Virus record (IMG/VR): IMGVR_UViG_3300045837_000213 | Location: 29,432 to 93,431 of that record | Source of the DNA: a virus | Taxonomy: Duplodnaviria > Caudoviricetes | Length of the DNA: 64,000 bases | Strand: one strand, 5' to 3' | Shown: piece after piece, positions 27,247-37,010 of the stretch | How the letters are laid out: each line of letters starts with the position of its first letter | Numbering within the stretch: position 1 is the first letter of the stretch | Program-made: the position numbers and the translations under genes | The notes under the pieces: model-generated | The model's input: the letters and a program-made list of their open reading frames with translations, nothing else | The model's database searches: none | Told to the model about the DNA's origin: nothing

Positions 27247-27774
27247 TTACGCCCTCACGATGCGCACGCCGCCCGGCCCGGCGGTCAGCCACGGCGCGAT
27301 GAAGTTCAGCACCCGCGGCGGCAGGTCGTCCTCGTTGGGGAGTTGCTCCCTCATCTCGAATTCCAGGACGTTCGCGACGTGGAGCGACTTGAACTGCCTG
27401 AGGGCCTGGTCGACGACGAGCGTCGGGTCCTGCCTGAGGTAGAAGAGCGCCAGCTCGCAGCAGGCGAACTTCACCGGCGGGATGACGTTCTCCTGCGGGT
27501 AGAAGTAGCCGTGGTCGTCTTCGAGCCAGAAGCGCGGGTGCTTCAGGGCCTGCGTGACGTGAGTCGGGAGCGAAACCCACTGGAGGCGTTCGAGCCTGCG
27601 CGTCGCCTTGCACAAAGCCTGCTCCTTCTTCAGGAGGTCGGGCGGGTTCGTGTTGACGAGCGCGTTCCACTCCGCCGCGTAGAGTTCGCCGCCGAAGTAG
27701 TCGTCGGCGAACTCCACGGTGCAGTAGCTGTTGGAAGTCGTCCCGCCTTCGGTCGCGTCAAAGAGGAATGCCAT
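27247..27774 (-). CDS. head-tail adaptor (DnaT-like phage family)
   Basis: NSYCTVEFADDYF...QALKHPR...IPPVKFACCELAL. Confidence 0.8.
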   Translation of the reverse strand: MAFLFDATEGGTTSNSYCTVEFADDYFGGELYAAEWNALVNTNPPDLLKKEQALCKATRRLERLQWVSLPTHVTQALKHPRFWLEDDHGYFYPQENVIPPVKFACCELALFYLRQDPTLVVDQALRQFKSLHVANVLEFEMREQLPNEDDLPPRVLNFIAPWLTAGPGGVRIVRA

Positions 27775-27898
27775 CTGCCGGTACCCGGATGAGAGGAAGC
27801 GGGGCGCGTCAAGGAGAGGAACCCGCGCCCCGGCGGCGCCGACCTGGTGGGGGAGCGCGCGCGGTGTGTGGCGCGCGCGCAGCCAGCGCCGGAGAGGT

Positions 27899-28219
27899 TT
27901 ACTTAGCCGCGGGCGTTTCGGCCTCGGCCTTCGCCTCGGATTCCTTCCTGGCCTTCGCCTCGGCGTCTGCCTTAGCTTTGGCTTCCGCCTTCGCCTTGGC
28001 CTGCGCCTCGCGCTTCGCTTTGGCCTCCGCCTCAGCCGCGGCCTTGGCAGCCTCTTCAGCCTCCGCCTTAGCTTTCGCTTCAGCCTCGGCGCGCTCGCGC
28101 TCGGCGTCCTCGAAGAGCTTGTGCGTCGAGGCGTCGAAGTCGCTCTCGTTGATCGTGGCGAAGCCGCTCGGCGCGCCTTCGTGCGCGATCCTTACTGTCG
28201 GAACCTTCATGGTCGTCAC
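27899..28219 (-). CDS. small capsid-associated protein with Ala/Glu/Lys repeats
   Basis: INESDFDASTHKL followed by AEAKAK repeats. Confidence 0.7.
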   Translation of the reverse strand: MTTMKVPTVRIAHEGAPSGFATINESDFDASTHKLFEDAERERAEAEAKAKAEAEEAAKAAAEAEAKAKREAQAKAKAEAKAKADAEAKARKESEAKAEAETPAAK

Positions 28220-28378
28220 GTCTCTCCCTTGTTGAGTCGAGTGGGTGAAATTCCTGCGCGGAAGTTAAGGCCCAGCGTCTTCCGGGAATCGCTTACGTTT
28301 TCTCATATCACCGTGGGGTTAATGAGAATACAAAGAACCCCCGGAAGACGATTGCCTTAACCTATTCGCCGGAGGCTG

Positions 28379-29512
28379 TTAACCCAGAAGGATGGCGGCG
28401 TGGTCGGGCTTGATGAGGGCGACCCCCCAAGCAAGGCTCAGCTCGTAACGCACCCTTCTATATTGCGGATAAACCGCCACCTCAAATGAGAGGCCGGAAC
28501 GCGGATCGGTAATGATCTCGCGGTCGGTCGCCATGTCGCCCTCCTCGGGGAGTGCGGGCGGCCTGGCGACGAGGATCACGGCGCTGCGGTGGAAGGCCAT
28601 GTTCGCCGTGTAGGAGTTGCCCACGGTCAGGGCGTCCGACGCCGAGTGCGCCAGGCGCAGGCCCGGCGAGTTCAGCACGATTGAGCCGGGCGCGTTGATG
28701 CCCGTGCCGACCACGTACTTGTTCGCGTCGCCCGCGATGGTCACGATGTCGCCGGCGTTGACGTTGCCGGTGCCGGTGATGAGCGCGATGGACGTGTCCT
28801 TCACGGCCTGGTTGGCGGAGAGGACGTAAGAAGCGCCGTTGCCCTTCGTGACCTGCTTGATCTGCGCGGACTCGCGGATCTGCATGCCGAAGAGGTTCAG
28901 GAGGACGCCCTGGCGGAGCAGCTCGTCGCCGCCCGCCTCGTTCGCCTTCGTCAACTGCGTGTTCGAGCGCATGTTGGCGCCGGCGTTCGTGTCGATGATG
29001 AGGTGCACGTCGCCCTCGGGCGCGCCGTTGTCCTTGAGGATCTTGAGGACCTGCGCGGCGTCGCCGACGCCCGTGGCGAACGGGGTCGTGCCGGCGGTGC
29101 CGTAGGCGCGGGAGGCGCGGTTGAAGAGGCCGGCCAGGTCAGACTCGACCTCGTTGCAGGCGGCGCGCATTGCCTGCGCGATCTGCTGCACCTTGATCGA
29201 GCGGTAGCCGACGCCGGTGTTCATTCCCTTCTGCTCCTCACCCTGCCAGCGGAAGGGGAAGGTGCGCGACTTGGTGATCGAGAGCGTCGTGTTGCCCACG
29301 GTCTGGTCGCCGGTGTCGGGCGGTAAGCTTCCGGGCGTGGTGTTCTCGCCCGTCGAGGCCGGCGTGACGGGCACGCGGATCGTCTGGTTGAGCGCGGCGC
29401 GCTCGGCGGATGCGTCGAGCGTGACAGCCGGTATGAAGCCGACTAATTCACGACTCACAATGTCCAGGGCCTCGTAAAGGTCCGGAAACATATTCGACAA
29501 ACTGTTGGCCAT
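28379..29512 (-). CDS. major capsid protein (P22 coat-like)
   Basis: 377 aa after the scaffold gene; ALDIVSRELVGFI...NMAFHRSA...LAWGVALIKP. Confidence 0.85.
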   Translation of the reverse strand: MANSLSNMFPDLYEALDIVSRELVGFIPAVTLDASAERAALNQTIRVPVTPASTGENTTPGSLPPDTGDQTVGNTTLSITKSRTFPFRWQGEEQKGMNTGVGYRSIKVQQIAQAMRAACNEVESDLAGLFNRASRAYGTAGTTPFATGVGDAAQVLKILKDNGAPEGDVHLIIDTNAGANMRSNTQLTKANEAGGDELLRQGVLLNLFGMQIRESAQIKQVTKGNGASYVLSANQAVKDTSIALITGTGNVNAGDIVTIAGDANKYVVGTGINAPGSIVLNSPGLRLAHSASDALTVGNSYTANMAFHRSAVILVARPPALPEEGDMATDREIITDPRSGLSFEVAVYPQYRRVRYELSLAWGVALIKPDHAAILLG

Positions 29513-29639
29513 GTTGAGGTTTCCTTTTTGGTGGGTTGAGGTCGGTTGGTGTCGTGGGGGGCGCGCGCGCTATGCGGACGCGCCCCGCTTTCACGAACTC
29601 GTGGGCCGCGGTCTATGGAAGGCCGCGGGCGTTCTTGTT

Positions 29640-30419
29640 TTAGTCTTCGACCTTGCCGCCTTCCTTGAAGAAGGTCATGCGCTCCTGCGCGCCCATCTGC
29701 TCGAACTCCTGCCGCTTGACAGACTTCTTCGAGGAGCCGCCCGCCGCGCCGCCCGCCGGCGAGCCGGAGCCGGAGCCGCCGGTCGGCGCGTAGAACTTGG
29801 GCTTCTGCTCCTTGAACTGCTTGCCGAAGAAGTCTTCGAGCGAAGAGCCGGAGTCTTTGCCGTCCGCGCCGAGGACGACGACCTGGCCCTCCTGCGAGAG
29901 GTCGAAGCGCGAGGCGGTGAGGGTCATCACGTCCTCGATGTCGTCGGCGAGCACGCCCGCGTGGAGCGCGGCGGCCCGCACCTTGTCGTCGAGTTGAAAC
30001 TTGCGGAGCGCGCGGTCGCGCTCGGCGATCGTCGCGTCGCGCGCCTCGATCTCCTTGATCTTGGCGTCGAGGGCCTTCTGCGCCTTATCGCGCTCGGCGG
30101 CGAGCAGCTCTTCGAACTTGCCCTTGTCCTTGAGCTTCTTCTCCTCGGCGTCGGCGAGCGCCTGCAAGGCCTCGCGCGCTTTGTCGGGGTCGATGTCCTT
30201 GTAGCGCTCGTAATCGCCCTTGAGCCGCTCGATCTCTTTATTCGCCGTCCGGCGGGCCTCGCGCTCGCGCTCCAGCGCCGTGCGCAGCTCCGCGCCGTCG
30301 TCGATCTCGATCTCGTCGAGGTGGAACTTCTTGTCTTCTCCTTCGGTGTACCTGCCGCGATATGCCTCCGGCACGTCGTTCAGGCTGTCGACTACTGACT
30401 TGAGTGTGATTTTCGGCAT
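29640..30419 (-). CDS. capsid scaffolding protein
   Basis: Charged coiled coil; GSGSG linker; upstream of the capsid gene. Confidence 0.8.
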   Translation of the reverse strand: MPKITLKSVVDSLNDVPEAYRGRYTEGEDKKFHLDEIEIDDGAELRTALEREREARRTANKEIERLKGDYERYKDIDPDKAREALQALADAEEKKLKDKGKFEELLAAERDKAQKALDAKIKEIEARDATIAERDRALRKFQLDDKVRAAALHAGVLADDIEDVMTLTASRFDLSQEGQVVVLGADGKDSGSSLEDFFGKQFKEQKPKFYAPTGGSGSGSPAGGAAGGSSKKSVKRQEFEQMGAQERMTFFKEGGKVED

Positions 30420-30833
30420 TGTGAGCACCGCTCCTTTGCGCGGGGTCGCGACGGGCGCCGCCCGGTCGCTTTGTGGTGGGTAATTGGTGGGTCGTCTTGC
30501 GGGCTAAAGAAAAACCGCCCGCCATTAACGAAACTGCCCCGTGAGTCATCCCGACTCTTGGGCGGCTTGGTTAATCGCGGGCGGAGCGGTTTTCCGGTCG
30601 GCCCGTCTGTGCTGGAGCGCTCTCGTCAGCTCTGCCGCCGCGCCGGCCTGCGCGAGGCTCGTGCGGCGGAGGCGTTCGAGCGCCTTAATGACCTTAGCAT
30701 AGTCGGCGTCCGATCCGTCAAGCAAATTATTCAAATCGCATTGCTCGTTGTGCATGGCGGGCGCGGGAAGTCTCTTTCCGTGAGGCCCTTAACTTGGGAA
30801 AGAATTTTTGGAAGGAGGGGAGTCGGGCCGCCT

Positions 30834-31130
30834 TCAGGCGGCGGCCTGCGGTTCGAGGTCTGCGGCCTTGGAGAAGGAGAGGAGCGTCACGGGGAGGCCT
30901 TTCTTATCCCAGTCCGTCAGCGTGGTGAATTCCGCCGTGTCGCCGACCTTGAGGGCGCGGTACAGGCGGTCGAAGTCTTCCGCGGGGATGATGGCGGAGA
31001 GCGTGGCGTGCCTGGTCTGGCCTTCAACGTCACGGCCCGTGACGATGTAAACGACGCGCGCGGGGCGGTCGCCCTCCGCGGCCTTGATGGCCGTGATCCT
31101 TCCTCGGCTTGTGGCCCGCGTTTCGCTCAT
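30834..31130 (-). CDS. hypothetical protein (possible partner of the MuF C-terminal domain)
   Basis: ATGA overlap with the upstream gene. Confidence 0.6.
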   Translation of the reverse strand: MSETRATSRGRITAIKAAEGDRPARVVYIVTGRDVEGQTRHATLSAIIPAEDFDRLYRALKVGDTAEFTTLTDWDKKGLPVTLLSFSKAADLEPQAAA

Positions 31131-32188
31131 CGCTTCCCCCTCGGCGGCAGCCGTCGATTAAGAGGCGGCAAATCTGGAGGGGCTACTCCGGTGCCTCCGG
31201 TTTGGACATTCACCCCCCGCAATAGATCGTAAATGGCTATCTGATTATAACGGCGCGCGAGGTCCTCGGCGACTGTTTTTTCGACCGTGGCGACCAGGTC
31301 GAGGTAGGTCAACTCTTCAGTCGGGTTGAACCAGCTCCCGACCGAATAGCGTGAGTCCTTCAAAAGCTCCAGGTTGTCGACGATGAAGGATTTGACTTTC
31401 CCTGTCGGGAGGGCGCGACCGGGATATTGCCGGGTGATCTCGCCGTTCGGGAAAGGGGAGACGGCGAAAAGCGGTAGCCCTCGCATGTCGCCTCTGAACG
31501 GGTTGACGGTCGCGCCGCCTTTCGACTCGTGAAGCGTGACCACCTTCTCGGCAATCGCGCCTATGTTGACGGAGCGGAATTCGACCTCGCACCGGCAAAA
31601 CTGCATACACTCCTGCGAGCCGATCTCTTCCAGCTCGTCGAGCGGCACCCACGAAAGCGCCTCCTGCTCCACACACCCGTCGCAGTGCTCGGTCGCGACC
31701 GCGCCCGTCTGCCGCCGCGCCTCTACCAACTGCTCCGTGTCAGCCATGCGCCCGGCCATCGTCCGCCAGAAGGCGACGCGGGCGTTCGCCGCGTAGGAGG
31801 CGGCGCGCGACCGCACCAGCCCCGAAGTGATCCTCAGGCGACCGGAGCTGAGGTCGCGGGCGAATGATTCGAGGTGCGTGTACTCCTTCTTCAGTCTTGC
31901 GCCGACCCGGCCCCAGTCCGCCTTCGTCATCTGACTGAAGCCGCCGGCGGCAGCCGCCGCGCTCACGGCGTGGAGCGAGCGGAGTTCGGCGCGCATCCCC
32001 TGCTGAAACTCTTTCGTGGTGATCGCGCCACGCTGGAGGTCGGCGGCGAGCGCGCGCATCCGCGAGGCCGCGCGGCGGTTCACGGAGTCGAGCGCGCGCA
32101 TCACGTCCGGGCGCGGCACGTACCGGCCCGTCGAAGTGTCGCGGTAGCGCAGCGAGAGTCTGTCCCAGGCGTAGCGCGGATTAAGCAT
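31127..32188 (-). CDS. minor head (MuF-like) protein with C-terminal extension
   Basis: HCDGC...CMQFCRC motif followed by about 150 extra aa. Confidence 0.65.
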   Translation of the reverse strand: MLNPRYAWDRLSLRYRDTSTGRYVPRPDVMRALDSVNRRAASRMRALAADLQRGAITTKEFQQGMRAELRSLHAVSAAAAAGGFSQMTKADWGRVGARLKKEYTHLESFARDLSSGRLRITSGLVRSRAASYAANARVAFWRTMAGRMADTEQLVEARRQTGAVATEHCDGCVEQEALSWVPLDELEEIGSQECMQFCRCEVEFRSVNIGAIAEKVVTLHESKGGATVNPFRGDMRGLPLFAVSPFPNGEITRQYPGRALPTGKVKSFIVDNLELLKDSRYSVGSWFNPTEELTYLDLVATVEKTVAEDLARRYNQIAIYDLLRGVNVQTGGTGVAPPDLPPLNRRLPPRGKR

Positions 32189-32199
32189 CGGAGACTGTG

Positions 32200-32766
32200 T
32201 CAGGTGTGGAGGACGGTGAAGGGCGAGCGCACCGACGCGTTGCAAGCCTCGGAGCATTCGAGCGCGATCTCGAGCTTGCGCCGGGCCGGGATCTCCTTGA
32301 ATGGGAGGAGCGCGAGAAGTGCGCCCCGCGCTTCCGGGCCGCCCGACCCAGCGGTCGCTATCTCGCCGGCGTTAAGGCCGACGTTGTAATCGCTCTCGAG
32401 GGTGAAGAGGCGCGCGCCGCAGGCGACGACCATCTCCGACTGCTGGTTGCTCCGTTCGGAGCCGACCTGCACGATCTCGGCGACGCCCTCCTCCTTCAGC
32501 ACGAACCGCAGGGCCGGGATGAACTTGCCGACGAGAAAAGCCTCGAACTCCGAATCGGTCTTCAGGCCGCGCGGTAGGGGCGGCGGCTGGAAGAGGTGGC
32601 GCAGCACCTGCATCTGGCGGTAGCTGCCGGCGCAGCCGAAGACGTAGCCGCGGTTGAAGAAGACCTTCGGCTGGCGGCGCACGATGAGGTCGTTGTTGTA
32701 AGTGGCCGCGGCGTCGCCCCCCACGTAAGCTTTGCCGCCTTCGACGAATGCTGCGATACAAGTCAT
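32200..32766 (-). CDS. HslV/proteasome-beta-like Ntn peptidase
   Basis: N-terminal (M)TCIAA, GGDAA, PKVF, GCAGS and AGSGG motifs. Confidence 0.75.
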   Translation of the reverse strand: MTCIAAFVEGGKAYVGGDAAATYNNDLIVRRQPKVFFNRGYVFGCAGSYRQMQVLRHLFQPPPLPRGLKTDSEFEAFLVGKFIPALRFVLKEEGVAEIVQVGSERSNQQSEMVVACGARLFTLESDYNVGLNAGEIATAGSGGPEARGALLALLPFKEIPARRKLEIALECSEACNASVRSPFTVLHT

Positions 32767-32951
32767 CAGTTTTCAGGTTCGGCTTCGAGAAGGGCCGCGA
32801 GGAAGGGGCTGGCGCGGCGCACGTAAGCGCGCGCCTCCGACGGGTCGCGCGACAGTTTTTCGGCGTCCTCGCGCGCGAGCCGTTCGATCTGTGCGGGAGT
32901 CCACTGCTCGCCCTTGCCCGGACGCGCCGGCGACTCAGGTTCTTTCTTCAT
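32766..32951 (-). CDS. hypothetical protein
   Basis: TGATG coupling to the next gene. Confidence 0.5.
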   Translation of the reverse strand: MKKEPESPARPGKGEQWTPAQIERLAREDAEKLSRDPSEARAYVRRASPFLAALLEAEPEN

Positions 32952-33000
32952 GTCCGAGGGCTATTTGCGGAATGCGGAATCGAGACGTTGAAAAAAAAGT

Positions 33001-34575
33001 TCACGACGCTGGCACGCCGTCCTCTTCCTCCTGCTCGGTCGGCCCGGGCGGGTCGCCGTTCTCGGCCTGCGCCTTCCGCACGACGGCAGGCTTCGCCGAC
33101 GCGCCCGCGCCGAATAGGCGCTCCATCTCCTCCACGGGGTCGAAGTCTGCCGGTAGCGCGTCCGCGTTCTGCATGATCGACCAGAGGGTTTCCAGCGAGA
33201 GCTGCGATTCCATGACCATCTGGCTGTAGGCCTGTACCTGCTGCGGCGTGAGCAGGAGGCTGCGGAGGTGTCCGCCCCAGGTGGCCGTCCCGCCCGACTT
33301 CTCGCCGAGGTAGGCGGCGTGGAACGAAAGACACGCCTCGAGCGCGTCCCGGCCCGAACGCACGATGGTCTCTAACTGCGAGGACTCCTGCGAGAAGTCG
33401 ATGACCGTTTCGGTGGCCGTCGCCGCGGCCTCGGGGCGCGAACTTAAGACCGAGAGGCCGAGCGCGGCCATCTCGGCGCGCACGTCCTGGAGGTCGGTGC
33501 GCGCCACCTCGAGCGACTTGCCCTGCGGCTCCATGTACTTCGCTTCGCCGCCCATCGGGATGTCGAGTCCGAAGCCCGAGCCGACCGCCTGCTGCGGCGA
33601 CTGCGTGTTGCGCCCGATGAAGACCGGGATCGGGAACCCGGCCTTGTGGAGCGACGCGTCATAGTCCGAGCGCTTCTGGTAATACTTGATGTTGATGAGC
33701 GCGAGGTCGAGTAAGACCGGCTGGCTCGTGAGGAAGCCCGTCTGCTGCCCGTACACGACGGCGACGGGGATGCGCTCGAACGGCACGCGAGGACCGCCCG
33801 TCTTGCTGCCGCGCATGCAGACGCCTTCACCGGCGTCGGCGAACGTGACTTGGCCCGACTTAGGGTCGACGACCTTCCTCTTCAGCTCCCAGCGCGCGCG
33901 GTACTTCTGCCCGCCAGTCACCGAGTCTTTGTATTCTTCGAGAAAGAACGTCCGATACTGGTAGGCAGGCGCGGAGCCGTAGCGGCCCTGCCGCTCGCTC
34001 ACCTGCTCCTCGAAGGTGATCTGACCGATCTCCAGCTCGCCGTTGATAATGACGGGAATGAAATTGACCGCCTGGTTTGCCTTGTATTTCGTCCAGTAGG
34101 GTCGGAGTCCCATCTTCTGCTCGGCCTCGGCGTTCGCCGCCTCGCCCTGCTGCATGTCGACGAGAATGAAGGCGTGCCCCTCGAAGGCGTCGGTCAGAAC
34201 GCGCTTCATGAAGACGTCGAGGTGGGTGCCGGCGAGGTCGATGTTCTCGACTTGACCCTCGACGCCGGCCTCCTCGTCGCCCCTGATCGCCGCCGGCACG
34301 TCCTCCCCGAGGACTGGCCCCTTCTTACATGCCATGCCGACGAGGCCGCCGACGGTGCGGTTGTAGGCGTTGAAGAAAGTGGCCGTCTTCAGCCGGTCTT
34401 CGTAATCGTCCTTGTGCTCGGCGGGGAATTTGGGGAGGTATTTCTCCCGCTTCGAGCGCATGTGGAGCGTGCCTGCCGCGACGTCCGAGCAGATCTGCCA
34501 TGCGGGCTGCATCTGCGCGTAGGCGGGCGACTGGTAATCGGGCTTGTCGTAAGGCTGTTTAATCTCTTCTGTCAT
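33001..34575 (-). CDS. portal protein (DUF4055 type)
   Basis: YLPKFPAE...YEDRL..ATFFN; LLDLALINIKYYQ; follows the terminase. Confidence 0.9.
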   Translation of the reverse strand: MTEEIKQPYDKPDYQSPAYAQMQPAWQICSDVAAGTLHMRSKREKYLPKFPAEHKDDYEDRLKTATFFNAYNRTVGGLVGMACKKGPVLGEDVPAAIRGDEEAGVEGQVENIDLAGTHLDVFMKRVLTDAFEGHAFILVDMQQGEAANAEAEQKMGLRPYWTKYKANQAVNFIPVIINGELEIGQITFEEQVSERQGRYGSAPAYQYRTFFLEEYKDSVTGGQKYRARWELKRKVVDPKSGQVTFADAGEGVCMRGSKTGGPRVPFERIPVAVVYGQQTGFLTSQPVLLDLALINIKYYQKRSDYDASLHKAGFPIPVFIGRNTQSPQQAVGSGFGLDIPMGGEAKYMEPQGKSLEVARTDLQDVRAEMAALGLSVLSSRPEAAATATETVIDFSQESSQLETIVRSGRDALEACLSFHAAYLGEKSGGTATWGGHLRSLLLTPQQVQAYSQMVMESQLSLETLWSIMQNADALPADFDPVEEMERLFGAGASAKPAVVRKAQAENGDPPGPTEQEEEDGVPAS

Positions 34576-34580
34576 GGTCG

Positions 34581-36329
34581 TTAAATCCTGAACTGGGATA
34601 CTCCCCAATCCTGGTTGGGGAAGATGAAATCCGGGGCGACGCAGAGGACGAACCCGTCCCCGTCGTCGGGGCTGCGGCCCAGGCGCTTCGGCTTGCGGAA
34701 ATCGACTTTCGATTCGAGCTTCTTGACGTCCACGCCCTTGTGGTTGACCCAGCCGTACTGGCGCTCGCACAGGTCGGCCTCGAGTGTCTCAGGCGGGTTC
34801 TCGACGCGGACGGCTTTCAGGGTCTCCGCGGCCTGCGCGTGCATCTCGGTGACGAGGTCGGCGAAGGACTGCTCGTCGTGCGCCGCGGCGTTGAAGTGGA
34901 CTTCGAGGACGCGGAAGTCCGTGAAGGCGCGCAGCAGCTCGGCGTCCGCCTTCACCTTGTCGATGACGCCGCCGCCGAAGCCGCCGCCGCCGTCGACGCG
35001 GACGTGGAGGCTGCGGACGCCGAGGCGGGCGAGCGCGAGCGCGTGTTCTCGAATCACGCGCGCGTACTCGTTCGTGTCCTGCTTCCGGAACTGCGCCGCG
35101 CGCCAGACGGAGCCGCGGTGGCGGACGAACAGCGTCCCGTAATCACGCCCGAAGCGCGCCACGTCTACGCCCATGCGCGCGCGCGCCGGGTCTTCTGACG
35201 GGGCCGGGCGCTTGCAGGCTGACTCGAAACGACCGACGGTGATGAGGGTGTTGTCGGAGATGTTGGCGGGGGCGACGCCGAGCACGCGGAACATGAATTC
35301 CGCGTCCGGCTTGAAGACGGTTCCCGGCGCGTGCGTCTCGCCCTTGAGGGTGACCGGGTACCCGAGCGCGAAGGTGAGGTCGTCGTCCGAGTGCGCGGCG
35401 GCGACCTCGCAGTGCTTCTCGATCATCTCCTCGACGTACTGGCGGCGCACCGCGCCCGGCACCTCCTCGCGGCCCTCGACGACGTTCGGGTGGTGGAGGC
35501 AGGAGATGCGGAAGGACTTAACGTTCGTCGCGCCCTTGAGCTTGTGGAAGCGCGAGGAGCGCGTGCGCGGGTTCGCCAGCATGACGACGACCGAGATGCC
35601 GCCCGATGTCATCGAGTCGACGGCGTTGAAGACGTAGTCGTCAATGCCCTCCGCCTCGTCGAGGACGAAGATCTGGTACCGCTCGTGCTGGCCGTGGATG
35701 CGCTCCGTGCCCTGGCCGCCGGCGTTGTTGGTGGCGCGCCCCTTGATGAAGTGGTTGTCCGCGAGGTGGAGTTCGAGGTCGAGTATTCTGCCGGGCAGTC
35801 CCTTATCGCGCCGGTCGGCCTTGACCTCCTTAAACAGCAGGTCGTGGATCTGCGCGTAGCCGGGCGCGAGGCAGTAGCCCGTGACCGGGGAGAAGTGGTC
35901 GAAGAAGTGGTTGACGATGCCGGACGCGAGCTTGGTCTTGCCGACGGTATGGCCGGCCTCGACGCGGATGCGGTTCTTGATGGTCTGGCCGGGCTGCCAG
36001 TATCGCAAATTTGCGATGTCGATTTGGCCGGCCTCGAAGGCGGCGCGCTCGTGCTGCTGCCGCAGGCAGAGGACGTAAGCGTCGAGGACTTCCTGCTGGC
36101 CCGGGTGTTCTGCGTCGCCGCGCCACGGCTCCCAGCCGAGGTGTCGCTTGATGTAGGCGCGCGGGTCGTAGCGCGTCGCCTCGAAGCGGCGCGACTGGTC
36201 GCCCGGCCCGTACACCTTCAACGCGTGTTGAGCCGCCGCCTCGCGGAACTGGGGCGGCAGCCGTTTTATCCGGTTGATAACGTCTTCCCTACTTAGAAGA
36301 GCCATCAGCAGGGGGGTCAGGAAGGTCAT
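34581..36329 (-). CDS. terL: terminase large subunit
   Basis: AGHTVGKT (Walker A), FVLDEAEG (Walker B), GVDVARFGRD, SPDDGD. Confidence 0.9.
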   Translation of the reverse strand: MTFLTPLLMALLSREDVINRIKRLPPQFREAAAQHALKVYGPGDQSRRFEATRYDPRAYIKRHLGWEPWRGDAEHPGQQEVLDAYVLCLRQQHERAAFEAGQIDIANLRYWQPGQTIKNRIRVEAGHTVGKTKLASGIVNHFFDHFSPVTGYCLAPGYAQIHDLLFKEVKADRRDKGLPGRILDLELHLADNHFIKGRATNNAGGQGTERIHGQHERYQIFVLDEAEGIDDYVFNAVDSMTSGGISVVVMLANPRTRSSRFHKLKGATNVKSFRISCLHHPNVVEGREEVPGAVRRQYVEEMIEKHCEVAAAHSDDDLTFALGYPVTLKGETHAPGTVFKPDAEFMFRVLGVAPANISDNTLITVGRFESACKRPAPSEDPARARMGVDVARFGRDYGTLFVRHRGSVWRAAQFRKQDTNEYARVIREHALALARLGVRSLHVRVDGGGGFGGGVIDKVKADAELLRAFTDFRVLEVHFNAAAHDEQSFADLVTEMHAQAAETLKAVRVENPPETLEADLCERQYGWVNHKGVDVKKLESKVDFRKPKRLGRSPDDGDGFVLCVAPDFIFPNQDWGVSQFRI

Positions 36330-37002
36330 CGGGGGAAATGCCCAGCAGCGCCGCGAGCGCGTTCCGGGAGTTGACGTTGACGTTTATGGAGCCGAGGTTG
36401 TAGAGCGCGTCGATGCGCTCCAGTGGTTTGGCGGCGGCCTGGAGGAAGCGGGGGTCGCCGACGAGCTGCGCCTTCTTCCGCCTGAGCTTGACCTTGGTCG
36501 CGCCGGAGATCTCGACGCGGCGCGAGCGCTCGCGCGTCGAGAGGAGTTCCGAGAGCGGGCCGTCTATTTCCTCGGCCAACTGGCCGACGGTCGTCTGGAG
36601 GCCGACGGTCTCCTTGTCCTCCTGGATTTCGCTGACCTCGCCCTTCGAGCGCTCGTAGTCGTTGCGCGCCGTCTCGTAGAGGTCTTCGTAGCGCGCGAGC
36701 TGTCTGGCGCGCACGGTCTCCATCGCGTCGAGCGAGCGCTCCCGCAGTTCCTTCAGGATCGCCCTGACGTCGTAGTCGATCATCTGGCGCGTGAGCGCGT
36801 ACGGCTCACGCACCGCCGGGATGGCCTCGTCGGCTTCTAGTTCGGCGAGTGAGGCCAGCGCCTTCTGGTATTCGTCCTTCCGCCGCTGGTTGAGGATGTC
36901 GGCGACGCGCTGGTGGGTGATGGAGCGGTGGCGCACGAGGAGTTGTGCGATCTCCTCGCGGTCGCGCTCGACCTCCCATTTTTCGCGTTTGGTCTCGGCC
37001 AT
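36289..37002 (-). CDS. probable terminase small subunit
   Basis: HTH-like N-terminus; directly upstream of terL. Confidence 0.65.
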   Translation of the reverse strand: MAETKREKWEVERDREEIAQLLVRHRSITHQRVADILNQRRKDEYQKALASLAELEADEAIPAVREPYALTRQMIDYDVRAILKELRERSLDAMETVRARQLARYEDLYETARNDYERSKGEVSEIQEDKETVGLQTTVGQLAEEIDGPLSELLSTRERSRRVEISGATKVKLRRKKAQLVGDPRFLQAAAKPLERIDALYNLGSINVNVNSRNALAALLGISPDDLPDPPADGSSK

Positions 37003-37010
37003 GAGGTGTT

